A stretch of DNA of 64,000 nucleotides, taken from positions 98,789 to 162,788 of the IMG/VR virus record IMGVR_UViG_2974506819_000001. The stretch is one strand, 5' to 3'. The position numbers were made by a program, and so were the translations under genes. This stretch comes from a virus (taxonomy: Duplodnaviria > Heunggongvirae > Uroviricota > Caudoviricetes). The notes below the pieces were generated by a model. The model searched no databases, was not told the DNA's origin, and saw only the letters and a list, made by a program, of their open reading frames with translations. Of this stretch, positions 53,158-62,692 are shown piece after piece (positions within the stretch are counted from its first letter, which is position 1; each line of letters opens with the position of its first letter).

Positions 53158-53997
53158 ATGTTTAGCAAGAACCTTGACTGGTTTACTCGGTCATCCTATT
53201 TTGGTACCTGGAGTCGTGTGTTGCTGCGAATGGGCGGTGACTACCCGAAGCAGGTTGAAATCTCGCTCAATACCCCCAACAATTGGGATTTGGAATGGCG
53301 GGATATGCTGCAGTGTCGGGTGCGTGTTCATCAGACACCGAAAGCAGAACGGGATGTGTATATTCATAACCTTCCCGACAGCGTGTACGACACCCTGGTA
53401 GATCATTTCGATACAGAGACGGCGGACTTCTTTGTTCATACCGACCTTTATAAAATGATTGACTGGGAAAACTTCGACGAAGTTGAAGCTGACTGGGTCG
53501 GCGGTGGCGGAGTACCTATCGCACTGGTGATTAAGTCCCAGGCGTGGTTACCAAACCAGATGCGGGACTACTGGGAAACCAACCGTGCTACCTTGTGTGA
53601 AAGCTTCTACATTCACCGTGATGCCCGCATGCAAGCCAAGCTGCGTTTACTGGCCAACAAGTTCAATCCTGAAGATGCCGGTGACTTCGGTAGGTTCATG
53701 AACTACGTGACCACGGCCGATAACGTGTGGAACCCTGAGAAGTATCAGAACTCACGGGTTATGTCTGGCAACAGCTTCGGTAAAGAATCCTGGTTCCGTT
53801 ACCAGTACGTGTTAGGTAACGCCTTTGCCGAAGGTTACATCGATACTTTCCAGTTCCGAATCTTTAAGAACCACTCGAACTTCCAGCTGTATATGAAGAC
53901 CCGCGACGGCAAGTGGCCTGAGAACTGTACCTACAGTGTCACGGTCGATAAGAAGAACGACATGATTGCGTTCATTGCTGACAAACTTAACCATTAA
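53158..53997 (+). CDS. Hypothetical protein (279 aa)
   Basis: ATG with SD aaaggaagg. Confidence 0.55.
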   Translation: MFSKNLDWFTRSSYFGTWSRVLLRMGGDYPKQVEISLNTPNNWDLEWRDMLQCRVRVHQTPKAERDVYIHNLPDSVYDTLVDHFDTETADFFVHTDLYKMIDWENFDEVEADWVGGGGVPIALVIKSQAWLPNQMRDYWETNRATLCESFYIHRDARMQAKLRLLANKFNPEDAGDFGRFMNYVTTADNVWNPEKYQNSRVMSGNSFGKESWFRYQYVLGNAFAEGYIDTFQFRIFKNHSNFQLYMKTRDGKWPENCTYSVTVDKKNDMIAFIADKLNH

Positions 53998-54037
53998 TCT
54001 ATTTGAAGGGGAGCCCATCTCCCCGTAAGGAAATAAC

Positions 54038-54478
54038 ATGACTCTGAACTTAGTAGAAACCCACGAAGAAAATACCACCCCGGCTTTCAGCATCATTACC
54101 GTTGACCGCTTTGGTGAAGAAACGCTGTGCTATGTTGACCAGGACGAATTCCTGGGTGAAGCACTGCTTTCCTTTGACGAGGATGGCAGCAGTCGTTTCG
54201 GTGTGCTGTACGACAACAATGAAACTCACTCTCAGATTATGATGGTGAACTATTTCAGCGGCGATCTGGAAATGCTGAAACTGGTTGCGTACCGTAATGA
54301 TTCCGAGCTGGTGCTGACCTGCTGTATCGAAAACGAAGACGGAGCCGATAAGCGTCTTAATGACGTTGTTGACTTCCTGAACAGTTCAGAGAAACTTCTG
54401 ATGATTAATGGCGATGTTTGGACGGAGATTCTGAGCGCATACGGGAACTGCATGGATCGCTTCCAACAGGAGGCGTGA
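54038..54478 (+). CDS. Acidic hypothetical protein (146 aa)
   Basis: ATG with SD aagg; strongly acidic composition. Confidence 0.5.
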   Translation: MTLNLVETHEENTTPAFSIITVDRFGEETLCYVDQDEFLGEALLSFDEDGSSRFGVLYDNNETHSQIMMVNYFSGDLEMLKLVAYRNDSELVLTCCIENEDGADKRLNDVVDFLNSSEKLLMINGDVWTEILSAYGNCMDRFQQEA

Positions 54479-54479
54479 T

Positions 54480-54953
54480 ATGGTTACTCGTCGCTTGACC
54501 TCACGGAACCGGGTTAACTCAGCACACTATGTGGTTAACCATGTTCATTATGCCCGTAACGGCATTTACGAAATTAAACTGGCAGAGTTTCCCGCTGACC
54601 GCATTCTTAACTCCGACGAATCATTAGAGCGTCTGGCCCGAGCAATGCAGCGCGAAGCCTTTATTGTGGAATACTATCCCAGCTTAGCCCACAACCCGAA
54701 CAAAGACAAGCAGTGTGCGAAAGTCCTCAAAGCTTGGTACGACGCCAAAGAACGTGTTATTCGCGGCATGGTTCAACTTGAGGGACATTATGCACGTCAC
54801 CTTGACCAACTGATTCGGTATTCGGGTGAATTGACGTTGGCCATTCGTGGGAAGTATCTGCCGGGTGGTCTCAACAAGAATGAATCTACTACCTTTACCT
54901 ACACGGAAATCACCGGTTTCCGTTTAATGATCCCTAACGTTCGCTCTTGGTAA
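54480..54953 (+). CDS. Hypothetical protein (157 aa)
   Basis: ATG with SD aggagg, 1 nt after upstream stop. Confidence 0.5.
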   Translation: MVTRRLTSRNRVNSAHYVVNHVHYARNGIYEIKLAEFPADRILNSDESLERLARAMQREAFIVEYYPSLAHNPNKDKQCAKVLKAWYDAKERVIRGMVQLEGHYARHLDQLIRYSGELTLAIRGKYLPGGLNKNESTTFTYTEITGFRLMIPNVRSW

Positions 54954-54979
54954 TCCAATTACTTAATAAGGACAGTACA

Positions 54980-55612
54980 ATGAACAAGCATTCTTTCTTC
55001 TCCTCACTCGCTTCTTTCCGTAACCCTGAGTTCAAACAAATCGCCTTTCAAAGAAAATGTGTTACCGCTATTCGCGAGCACCTGAAATGGTTGGTAACGG
55101 ATTTTGAACTCACTGACGATCTTTATCAGGAAGGCCGTCCTATTTTGCTGGAGCCCAGCAAAACCAAAGTGGACGATAATCTGGAACTGGTGATTGCAAC
55201 AGAGATTGATTTACGCGGTCACATTCTGACATACATTGCTTTCCACAGCTATAAAGAGAAACAACCTAAAGCCAAAGAAGGCAAAGTGGATGACACGTCT
55301 AAAGTGAACCAACCCACTGGATTTGGTTTCAGTCGCCAGTCATCTGATCGTGACTCTCGTACTCCGTGGCCGACTTCAATGGATCCGAAAGACACAGAAA
55401 CCCACACTGTTTCAATTAAGCGTCTCAGTGATCACATCTCAACTTTCTCAGTGCCGCGTTCTCAGGTACGACATGAAACTGTTCGTGGGCCGGAACTGTC
55501 GTTGATCGATACATTGACACAAGACCACCAATTACGTGAAGCGCTGTGGAAAGCTGAGTTCCGTATGTTCTATTCTGAAGAAGAAGCCATCTTTACTGTT
55601 GCGATAATCTAA
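54980..55612 (+). CDS. Hypothetical protein (210 aa)
   Basis: ATG 54980 with SD aagga (ORF-track 54947 extension rejected). Confidence 0.5.
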   Translation: MNKHSFFSSLASFRNPEFKQIAFQRKCVTAIREHLKWLVTDFELTDDLYQEGRPILLEPSKTKVDDNLELVIATEIDLRGHILTYIAFHSYKEKQPKAKEGKVDDTSKVNQPTGFGFSRQSSDRDSRTPWPTSMDPKDTETHTVSIKRLSDHISTFSVPRSQVRHETVRGPELSLIDTLTQDHQLREALWKAEFRMFYSEEEAIFTVAII

Positions 55613-55845
55613 TGATACGCGAGCTGGAAAACGGCAAGCGGTACTTAAGTTACTCCGGTCGACCCTTTCAGGTCACCGGGGTAATGCAGTATGCGCTGAA
55701 CTGTTCAGTCAGGGCAGTTCGATATATCAACCTTCTTCCAACCGACGATGCCGCAGCAGGTACTGAGTGGTATCTGGAAGAGTCTGTGTTTTTAAGAACG
55801 TTCCGGTACGACGATACCGAGACGTATGTCACGAGGGTAGAATAA
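55612..55845 (+). CDS. Hypothetical protein (77 aa)
   Basis: ATG overlapping upstream stop (TAATG). Confidence 0.45.
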   Translation: MIRELENGKRYLSYSGRPFQVTGVMQYALNCSVRAVRYINLLPTDDAAAGTEWYLEESVFLRTFRYDDTETYVTRVE

Positions 55846-56501
55846 TGGAACCAATTGTCAACAACCGTGTAGTAGAACCGTCACATACTGTCAGTGAAGA
55901 CATCTACCTGTTATCGATGTCTGCGGTCGGTGATATCGCAAAAGCGATTTACGTCAGTATCTTTGCGTTGGTGAATGAACCCCACCAGGTAAAGAACGTT
56001 AAAGTTCACCGTGCCCGTATCGTTACCGATGATCGTCGTCGCTCTATGCAAAAAGACTTTATCGGTAAAGTTCGTTTCCTGGAAGCCCGCTGCGGGAATC
56101 ACCTGTTGGAAAACTACTGCACGGATAAAGTAACGGGTATCAATAACTTCGTGTTTTACCCCACCGCCTTTATCAACGAATATTGTGCAAACAAAGTCAA
56201 CAGCGCGAAAGCGTTAGCTGAAACCTTTGAACAGCATGGTGTTGCTACGTCCTACATGGAACTGGGAATGGCGCTTAACTTGATTGCACATCAATACCAA
56301 TCCAGCGCCATGGCCGGTGAGTTCCACCAACATCGCATGGAACTGTTGGACAACATCAAACAACAGGTACAAGACAATTTCCCGGAGTTAATGATTGAAG
56401 AACATCGGATGATTGTTGACGGTCCGATTTTCTACAAGCTGCGTAAATGCCCCGGCAATGTGGAGAAAGACAATGTCTCAGTTGAAGACGAGGATGAATG
56501 A
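55845..56501 (+). CDS. Hypothetical protein (218 aa)
   Basis: ATG 55845 overlapping upstream stop (TAATG); ORF-track 55767 extension rejected. Confidence 0.5.
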   Translation: MEPIVNNRVVEPSHTVSEDIYLLSMSAVGDIAKAIYVSIFALVNEPHQVKNVKVHRARIVTDDRRRSMQKDFIGKVRFLEARCGNHLLENYCTDKVTGINNFVFYPTAFINEYCANKVNSAKALAETFEQHGVATSYMELGMALNLIAHQYQSSAMAGEFHQHRMELLDNIKQQVQDNFPELMIEEHRMIVDGPIFYKLRKCPGNVEKDNVSVEDEDE

Positions 56502-56640
56502 TGCCTTCCTCGACCACCTGCTCAAAACCTCGGCCCCAGCTACCGCGCCGAAAGCTAAACCCGATTTTACTCCGCCGCAACCCGCAACGTTTCGGCAAAT
56601 CTTTTCCACTACTTTAGAGAAAGCTAAAAATGAACGATAA
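56473..56640 (+). CDS. Possible small overlapping ORF (55 aa)
   Basis: ATG with SD ggagaaag; overlaps both neighbours; speculative. Confidence 0.2.
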   Translation: MSQLKTRMNDAFLDHLLKTSAPATAPKAKPDFTPPQPATFRQIFSTTLEKAKNER

Positions 56641-57328
56641 ACAGATTGATGCGATTATTGACGATATCATGAACCTGGACAAAAAAGCCGAGTTTCTTCC
56701 TATCGTCACGCCGGATGGAAAAGAAACCCTTGTCAGTGTCGACACGGTAATGAAGGCTATCGGCCTGGCTAAACTGCACGAAGGTGAAATCTCGCCGGTT
56801 ATTCTCGGAGAGCAGGTTATCTTCGATCACAAAGATCGCATCTCCGGTAACCGTTATGTGTTCTACACTCATGACCGGGTAGTAACGGCGTTCGACTTAA
56901 CGGTTTGTGTCATGAACAAAGACAACAAACTGATTAAGCGTGGGGTGGTTGCAGAGCTGTGCGGTGAGAGTTTCTTGTTTGCTCGCTTCATGGAAAACCT
57001 GTACCAGGAATTCAGCTTTGCGTTTGCGTACCCGGCAACCACTACCATTCTCAATATGGCCAAAGCTGGATTGGTCGGTAACGAAGTTGACGAAGGGAAC
57101 TGGGAACCGCTGTTGAACGGTAACAAAATTACTGATAACGGCGAAGTTATTCCTCCCGGCTTTAAACTGACCGAAGGTGACCAAAGTAAAGGGGTCATTG
57201 TTCAGGTTCTGGAAGACCACGATCTTCCGCACAATGAAAAGGGTGAGATTGCTGAAGTAGCACGATACACCACCCCCACTTTCCCAAACAAATCAAAAAT
57301 TGGCTTTGACCCAAAGGATAAGAACTAA
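56630..57328 (+). CDS. Hypothetical protein (232 aa)
   Basis: ATG start; good coding character. Confidence 0.5.
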   Translation: MNDKQIDAIIDDIMNLDKKAEFLPIVTPDGKETLVSVDTVMKAIGLAKLHEGEISPVILGEQVIFDHKDRISGNRYVFYTHDRVVTAFDLTVCVMNKDNKLIKRGVVAELCGESFLFARFMENLYQEFSFAFAYPATTTILNMAKAGLVGNEVDEGNWEPLLNGNKITDNGEVIPPGFKLTEGDQSKGVIVQVLEDHDLPHNEKGEIAEVARYTTPTFPNKSKIGFDPKDKN

Positions 57329-57329
57329 T

Positions 57330-57857
57330 ATGTTACACGTTAATTTAAGCATGCCCCAGCAGACTCGTTTCGGCCACGCTCTCCTGCACTTCTGGTACGG
57401 TTCTAAATCAGAAGAGATGCGTGGGTTGGTTATCTCCATGACCGGTTACCCTCATAACGGCGGCGAACATTCACTGACCATCGGCGCTAACCCGAAAGAT
57501 GTCATTGCCTGGGTGCAGCTGTTCCGTGATGAGTTCCCGTATGTGGACGAGGAAATCCAGCTGCTGCTCAAAGAGTTGGAAGGCAAGACCACGGGCAAGG
57601 TTAACTTGATTCAGGTAATTCGTGACAACAAAGAAAGCCTGTTATGGCAGTGGGTGCGTTGTCAGGACCGTTTCATTAACCCTGTTGATGGGAACGTGGA
57701 TAAGAAGCAATTCATTCGCAAACATGTTGCTGGTCAACAACAACCGTTTGTGGGTCGTCCGGTCCGTACCGAAGAAGCACCTGATGAAATCCACTGCCGT
57801 AAAGAAGACGCACCGGCAGTCATCGAACATATCAAACAACACGGGCGGGTACATTAA
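57330..57857 (+). CDS. Hypothetical protein (175 aa)
   Basis: ATG 57330 two nt after upstream stop (ORF-track 57300 is an overlapping upstream extension). Confidence 0.5.
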   Translation: MLHVNLSMPQQTRFGHALLHFWYGSKSEEMRGLVISMTGYPHNGGEHSLTIGANPKDVIAWVQLFRDEFPYVDEEIQLLLKELEGKTTGKVNLIQVIRDNKESLLWQWVRCQDRFINPVDGNVDKKQFIRKHVAGQQQPFVGRPVRTEEAPDEIHCRKEDAPAVIEHIKQHGRVH

Positions 57858-58165
57858 TGTCTCGACTGAAAGAGTTTGCGGTGGTCTCTGAAACCACCGG
57901 TAAGGTCCTGGGACGCTACTTAGAAGATAAAGTGACCGGATGTATCAAGAAGTTCCGTCACCTCTCCTACGGCGTTTTGAAGGACGGTGAAGTGGTATCC
58001 CACGATACCGTGATGCTCACGTCTACCCAAAAATACATCCACGCAGTAAAAGAAGTAGGTAACGACAAGTTCGTGGTGGATGGCAAAGCGTTTGGTCACG
58101 ATGTTGAAATTTTGATGGTGCTCCAAGACTGGGAAGTTGAACCGGTTCAAGCTGCTGTCATTTAA
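57857..58165 (+). CDS. Hypothetical protein (102 aa)
   Basis: ATG overlapping upstream stop (TAATG). Confidence 0.5.
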   Translation: MSRLKEFAVVSETTGKVLGRYLEDKVTGCIKKFRHLSYGVLKDGEVVSHDTVMLTSTQKYIHAVKEVGNDKFVVDGKAFGHDVEILMVLQDWEVEPVQAAVI

Positions 58166-58181
58166 TCTGCAGAAGTATTCG

Positions 58182-58205
58182 TCTCTACATCATTAACGTG
58201 AATCT
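58182..58205 (+). promoter_or_regulatory. Conserved promoter-like motif copy (TCTCTACATCATTAACGTGAATCT)
   Basis: about 18 nt upstream of ATG 58221. Confidence 0.4.
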
Positions 58206-58220
58206 AACCAGGGGGTAGTT

Positions 58221-58514
58221 ATGGAACCTAAAAATGAAGTAGTAAAAATTATTGTCGACACCTTGATTGAATTCGTTGAAGGCAAAGAAGGAGACGATAA
58301 GTTTACCATTAAAGAGTTAGTCCAAGGGTATTGTAAATCCGACTCCCCGACTCACATGAATATGGCAGCGGTTTATAAACAAACATATGAGCAATTGCTG
58401 ATTCGTGACCTGGCTTATGTTGGTGGAATGCCGGAAGGTGCGGGACTAGAAGATGTGGTATGGTATCGCAAGTTTGACAACGGTGTGTATGAACTTTATA
58501 AGGCATGTAAGTAA
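58221..58514 (+). CDS. Hypothetical protein (97 aa)
   Basis: Promoter motif copy 58182-58205 upstream; SD gggggtag. Confidence 0.5.
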   Translation: MEPKNEVVKIIVDTLIEFVEGKEGDDKFTIKELVQGYCKSDSPTHMNMAAVYKQTYEQLLIRDLAYVGGMPEGAGLEDVVWYRKFDNGVYELYKACK

Positions 58515-58696
58515 TGACTTCTAAAGATTTCAACAAACAGTGGGAACAACGTAATAAAGAACGTTGGCCTGGGTTGACGTGCCCTGTCATACACGTTACT
58601 GAAAATGTGGATGTTGACAAATTGCTTAAAGAAGCAAAGCAACCAATTATGGTTTGTCAGCTAACTATCAAAAACATGGGTTTTGTATCAAAGTAA
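58514..58696 (+). CDS. Hypothetical small protein (60 aa)
   Basis: ATG overlapping upstream stop (TAATG). Confidence 0.35.
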   Translation: MTSKDFNKQWEQRNKERWPGLTCPVIHVTENVDVDKLLKEAKQPIMVCQLTIKNMGFVSK

Positions 58697-58709
58697 AAGG
58701 AGAATGGCA

Positions 58710-59633
58710 ATGGGTATGTTTGACAGTATCAAAGTGGAAGAGAACAACGTTTGCAATATCGTTATCCCGGTAGACGAGTATCAAACCTACAGTCTGGATA
58801 ATCAGTGCTGGACGTACCGCATTACTCAAGATGGTAAGTTGGTTGTTGACAACAAACCCAGCGACTACGCAAAGCCTTACGACGAGCAATTCCGTCGTTG
58901 CTTGAGTGACGGGGCGTTCGCTTTGGGCAGAATTAACGCCGGTCTGTTTGAAGGTGTTATTCAAATGGGTGGGGACGTCAAAGAGACTGGCGAATGGAAA
59001 GATTACACACTGTTAATTCACGGTAGTGAAATCCAGTTTGTCACCGCTTACGACGAAGTCATTTACAGTCGCGATCCTGAAAGCAACGATAGCTTTAAAG
59101 AAGCCATTGAGCGAGAATGGAATCAGTCACCGACTTCAGCAACACAAAATATCATGTTTCAGCAGATGATGTCGACTAAGCATCTTCTCATGAAGCCGGC
59201 CACAACGGAAGGTGTGCGTGCAGCCAATGGCATACTTACAGAAACCATGGCAAAGATGGGGTTCAATATAGACGGCACCCCTAAAGAAGACGCTGTTGTT
59301 GATCCCGAGCAAAAAGAGTTTGTGGAAAGGTTAGCGGCACAACTTCCTGGAGTCATTCGTCCCGATGGCAGTATTGATATCTATCAACTCATCCGGGGCC
59401 AAACAGGTGATCTGAATGTTGAGATGATTAAGCAACTCAACGAAGCACCTTTCATGGACCATTATGCTGATGGGATTGTTAACCTGGGTTCAAACCTGGA
59501 ATCTCGTTGTGCGTCTCGTTCTTTGCTAACCAAAGAAGAAGCAGAGAAAGGGTTTAAGCTCGAAACAGAAGCTCGCAGAGAAAAACTGATAGAAGCAATA
59601 AAGAAAGGAGGGGATGATGGAAGTAAAATTTGA
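58710..59633 (+). CDS. Hypothetical protein (~307 aa)
   Basis: SD aaggag at 58696-58701; ATG 58710 gives the best spacing (ATGs also at 58704 and 58716; ORF-track 58683 is TTG). Confidence 0.5.
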   Translation: MGMFDSIKVEENNVCNIVIPVDEYQTYSLDNQCWTYRITQDGKLVVDNKPSDYAKPYDEQFRRCLSDGAFALGRINAGLFEGVIQMGGDVKETGEWKDYTLLIHGSEIQFVTAYDEVIYSRDPESNDSFKEAIEREWNQSPTSATQNIMFQQMMSTKHLLMKPATTEGVRAANGILTETMAKMGFNIDGTPKEDAVVDPEQKEFVERLAAQLPGVIRPDGSIDIYQLIRGQTGDLNVEMIKQLNEAPFMDHYADGIVNLGSNLESRCASRSLLTKEEAEKGFKLETEARREKLIEAIKKGGDDGSKI

Positions 59634-60060
59634 TGTTACTCCGGCGCAGCTTAAACGTTTAATGGGTAACAGCCAGACCGATAAAGAAGTGGTTGCTCGG
59701 CTTATCAGCGCGATAAACCAGTCGGAATTCTTTAAGTCGATTGATGATCTGGCTAGCGATATTGTTGCTCATATTTTGAACACCGTTACCGTTAAAGCCA
59801 ATGAACGTGGTTTCTCTATTGCCGGGACGGCAATGTTTTATATCACTAACGTTAACCCCCAGAAATTCGACAAAGAAGTATTTGATACGCTGGTAGAAAT
59901 GGTTAGAAATCGTTTATTGAAAATGGGACTAATCTACAAGCATCCTGAATGCGATAAAGTAACTGACGGTGACCTGTGGAAGTTCGGTGAGAATCAACCG
60001 GCCATATTCAGGGACTCTGCTGCGTTTCACTTCGCCCACACATTCTCTCAGTTTAAATAA
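59614..60060 (+). CDS. Hypothetical protein (148 aa)
   Basis: SD aggagggg immediately upstream; tandem ATGs at 59614/59617; overlaps upstream gene end. Confidence 0.5.
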   Translation: MMEVKFDVTPAQLKRLMGNSQTDKEVVARLISAINQSEFFKSIDDLASDIVAHILNTVTVKANERGFSIAGTAMFYITNVNPQKFDKEVFDTLVEMVRNRLLKMGLIYKHPECDKVTDGDLWKFGENQPAIFRDSAAFHFAHTFSQFK

Positions 60061-60068
60061 GGCACAAC

Positions 60069-60275
60069 ATGGAAAAGGTCAAACGTCTGTACGTCATGGT
60101 TAACAACACCCGTGTGGGTTCCGGTTATACAGACTATAACCGCGCAGTAAAGAAGTTCAATCAGGCAGTTAAAAGCAACAGCGGCAACAATAAAGTAAGC
60201 CTTGTTATTCTTACCGACAAGAATAACAAAGTTGAGCTGCTGTCTAACCAATCACAAGAGCAGTTCGCTGCTTAA
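60069..60275 (+). CDS. Hypothetical small basic protein (68 aa)
   Basis: ATG; short. Confidence 0.4.
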   Translation: MEKVKRLYVMVNNTRVGSGYTDYNRAVKKFNQAVKSNSGNNKVSLVILTDKNNKVELLSNQSQEQFAA

Positions 60276-60284
60276 TTAGTATTA

Positions 60285-60302
60285 CTCTATAACTACAATA
60301 TC
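60285..60302 (+). promoter_or_regulatory. Second conserved motif CTCTATAACTACAATATC
   Basis: 14 nt upstream of ATG 60316 (HTH regulator gene). Confidence 0.4.
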
Positions 60303-60315
60303 CTAAGGAACCATT

Positions 60316-60690
60316 ATGTCCCGTAAATTAAAATCCGTAGAGTCTGTAACTCGTTTCGCCTTAACCCGTCTGTCTTCTATGCTGTACCGTCTGCATAAAG
60401 AAAAGACCATGAAAGAAATTGCTGAACGTGCTGGCGTATCAGCGAGTGTTCTGTCGAGCATCAAAAACGACACTATTAAAAGCATTGCGCTCCCGCGTGT
60501 ACTTCGCATCATTGAGAACCTCAACGTTGAGTACACAATGAACATTAGCAACCGCGCCGGCATCAAATACTACTCCTTTGAAATGGAAGGCTACGGTCAC
60601 TTTGGGCGGTCTGATAAAGACACTGTCGAAGTTCGTGAGCCGGGTAAGAAATTGCCCAAACACATTCCGTCTACTGTCCGCTATAACTGA
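60316..60690 (+). CDS. XRE-family helix-turn-helix DNA-binding protein (124 aa)
   Basis: HTH-like TMKEIAERAGVSASVLSSIKN; SD aaggaa; ATAACTACAATATC motif upstream. Confidence 0.55.
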   Translation: MSRKLKSVESVTRFALTRLSSMLYRLHKEKTMKEIAERAGVSASVLSSIKNDTIKSIALPRVLRIIENLNVEYTMNISNRAGIKYYSFEMEGYGHFGRSDKDTVEVREPGKKLPKHIPSTVRYN

Positions 60691-60697
60691 GGTTACC

Positions 60698-60973
60698 ATG
60701 CGTAAATTTGGATCTCGTTTACTCAAGAACATCATCAGCGCCGTCATCCAACCTACCTTTGAGAAATCTCAGGCGTTGGAACCTATTCCTCCCCTCACTA
60801 GCGCGGACTTGTCTCTAAAGCACATGCCAGTAGAAGAGGTGGCAGAGTTCAGAGCGTTGAATGGTCGATACCCTGTGAGACATATACCTTTCGCGGTATT
60901 GTCAGTGCATCCGTGTGTTCGGGGTTTCCTCGCTATCTTTGAATCACAATCAACCAGGGCTCCTCATGCTTGA
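60698..60973 (+). CDS. Hypothetical protein (91 aa)
   Basis: ATG 60698 with SD tgaggt (ORF-track 60578 extension rejected). Confidence 0.4.
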   Translation: MRKFGSRLLKNIISAVIQPTFEKSQALEPIPPLTSADLSLKHMPVEEVAEFRALNGRYPVRHIPFAVLSVHPCVRGFLAIFESQSTRAPHA

Positions 60974-61223
60974 GAACTTACAGTACGTCGTATTCATCAA
61001 CCCACAAATGCAGATCATGCCACGCTTCTCTCCTAATACTCATGTTGAGGTAGGTGAAGATAAAAAGCGGGTTCCGGTGTTGTTTGATGAGGCTATCATT
61101 CGTGGTGTCTTACCGGCAAAGGTTATGGTGGTGGTACTCAACCCCAAAACCATGACGCCAGTAAAATCCACTGTGATTGAAAAGTGTGAAGTCTGGCCGC
61201 CGTTAATTGAAGAGATCGCGTAA
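60966..61223 (+). CDS. Hypothetical protein (85 aa)
   Basis: ATG 60966 overlapping upstream stop by 8 nt; terminator 61227-61258 follows. Confidence 0.4.
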   Translation: MLENLQYVVFINPQMQIMPRFSPNTHVEVGEDKKRVPVLFDEAIIRGVLPAKVMVVVLNPKTMTPVKSTVIEKCEVWPPLIEEIA

Positions 61224-61226
61224 CCT

Positions 61227-61260
61227 ACTACTCCTACCCAAAAGGTAGGAGTAGTTTTTC
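61227..61260 (+). terminator. Rho-independent terminator
   Basis: 11-bp stem ctactcctacc / ggtaggagtag, loop caaaa, then ttttt. Confidence 0.75.
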
Positions 61261-61342
61261 ACTGCCTTTTTATTTGTATGTTTGCTATTGGGTTTGAAAC
61301 CTATATTACTATTATGAGAAAAAGTGAAAAGGTTCTTTTATC

Positions 61343-61960
61343 ATGGCTAAATTTAATAAATTTGGACGGGAGTTTCTTTTAAATAAAGCAGCATGCCCAG
61401 ACATGGTTTACTGGGCTTTACGATTTAGTGATGAGGGATTTTGGAATGCCGACAAAGATTCATGGATGGGGGCGTTTAATATACGGATTGACAAAACCAC
61501 AATCCTCCTGCACACCAGTAATGAAAACGACGACACCAATTTCCAGAAGTTCTTGTGGAAGCTGCATAAGCTGGAAACAGCAATAAAGCAGTTCATGGAA
61601 ACAGCCAAGAAAGGTCCCAAAGGGTTTAAGAGCGTAAGGACCTGGCTTAACCCCGAAAACACCAAAGGCGAGCATTACTTTAACGGCTACGTGGTTCAGT
61701 CGTTTGAAGAATCGTCGTTCTCACGTATCTCTATTGCCGACTGCAACCGATCTATCATCATGTCGTTTGCTGATGAGACCATTGGCGGTCGGTGGGCAAA
61801 ACGGGAGAACAGAGACAACTACCGCCGACTCGAAAGCATAATCAAACAGATTGGCGCTATTCGAGAAGCAGCTAAACAAATCAATGAAAAAGTGGCAGCC
61901 CGTCCACCCGAAAAAGAAGATCGGGTTCCGGTGTCCACCATGAAAATTACAGTACGTTAA
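61343..61960 (+). CDS. Hypothetical protein (205 aa)
   Basis: AT-rich upstream region with half promoter motif (CCTATATTACTA at 61300); ATG start. Confidence 0.5.
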   Translation: MAKFNKFGREFLLNKAACPDMVYWALRFSDEGFWNADKDSWMGAFNIRIDKTTILLHTSNENDDTNFQKFLWKLHKLETAIKQFMETAKKGPKGFKSVRTWLNPENTKGEHYFNGYVVQSFEESSFSRISIADCNRSIIMSFADETIGGRWAKRENRDNYRRLESIIKQIGAIREAAKQINEKVAARPPEKEDRVPVSTMKITVR

Positions 61961-61975
61961 TAAGGATAGAACCCT

Positions 61976-62347
61976 ATGGGACGTTTTACCCGTAATGTGG
62001 GTTATCGTAGCAAGCACAACAAACGTTGCCAGGAACTCAAAGAAGCTATCCTGAGAACGGCGGCAAATTATCGACGAGTATGTGAACTGGGACGCAACAA
62101 GAAACAGTTGTTGAGTTACATGCTTCGTCAATACAGTCGCAATAAAGTGGCTGCGGATTTACACACCATCAAAACCCTGCGGATAACCTTGGCGAAGCTG
62201 GCAAGGGAATCCAGACTGTATGAGCTGCAGCTGACTGAATTAAAAGCGCAGTACCATACCGCATACCAAAACCTTTTAACACGTATTACCAACAATAGAG
62301 GAACGAAAGATGCCGAATCAATCTCAAGCTCCAGCAGTTGTTACTAA
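61976..62347 (+). CDS. Hypothetical basic protein (123 aa)
   Basis: SD aaggatag; Arg/Lys-rich, possible nucleic-acid binding. Confidence 0.45.
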   Translation: MGRFTRNVGYRSKHNKRCQELKEAILRTAANYRRVCELGRNKKQLLSYMLRQYSRNKVAADLHTIKTLRITLAKLARESRLYELQLTELKAQYHTAYQNLLTRITNNRGTKDAESISSSSSCY

Positions 62348-62690
62348 TCGTATCGCCCTGGTTTTAAAGGTCAATCACCTGGAAGCCATCGAAGGCGGGT
62401 TTGAATCCGGTGCGCCGTTTGTACTGGAGTACGAGAACAAGCAGGTCTTCCCGAATGAAGAAGCCCGCACGCTGTTCCTGAAGTCCATGCAGCTTATTCA
62501 AACCATCGAGTACGGCTGGGACTATGCGGTGTATCGTGTAATTCCAGAAAACCGTGAAGTTCTCGTTGGACCAGGCGACTACCTCGTGGTCTTTGAAGAC
62601 CGTAGTTTCGCTGCCTATGTAGGTGCCGGCGGTCTTAACATCATCAACCATCCAGAACTGGGTGACATCATTACGGTGAGCCGCGATTAA
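62310..62690 (+). CDS. Hypothetical protein (126 aa)
   Basis: SD agaggaacg; overlaps upstream gene by 38 nt. Confidence 0.45.
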   Translation: MPNQSQAPAVVTNRIALVLKVNHLEAIEGGFESGAPFVLEYENKQVFPNEEARTLFLKSMQLIQTIEYGWDYAVYRVIPENREVLVGPGDYLVVFEDRSFAAYVGAGGLNIINHPELGDIITVSRD

Positions 62691-62692
62691 TC

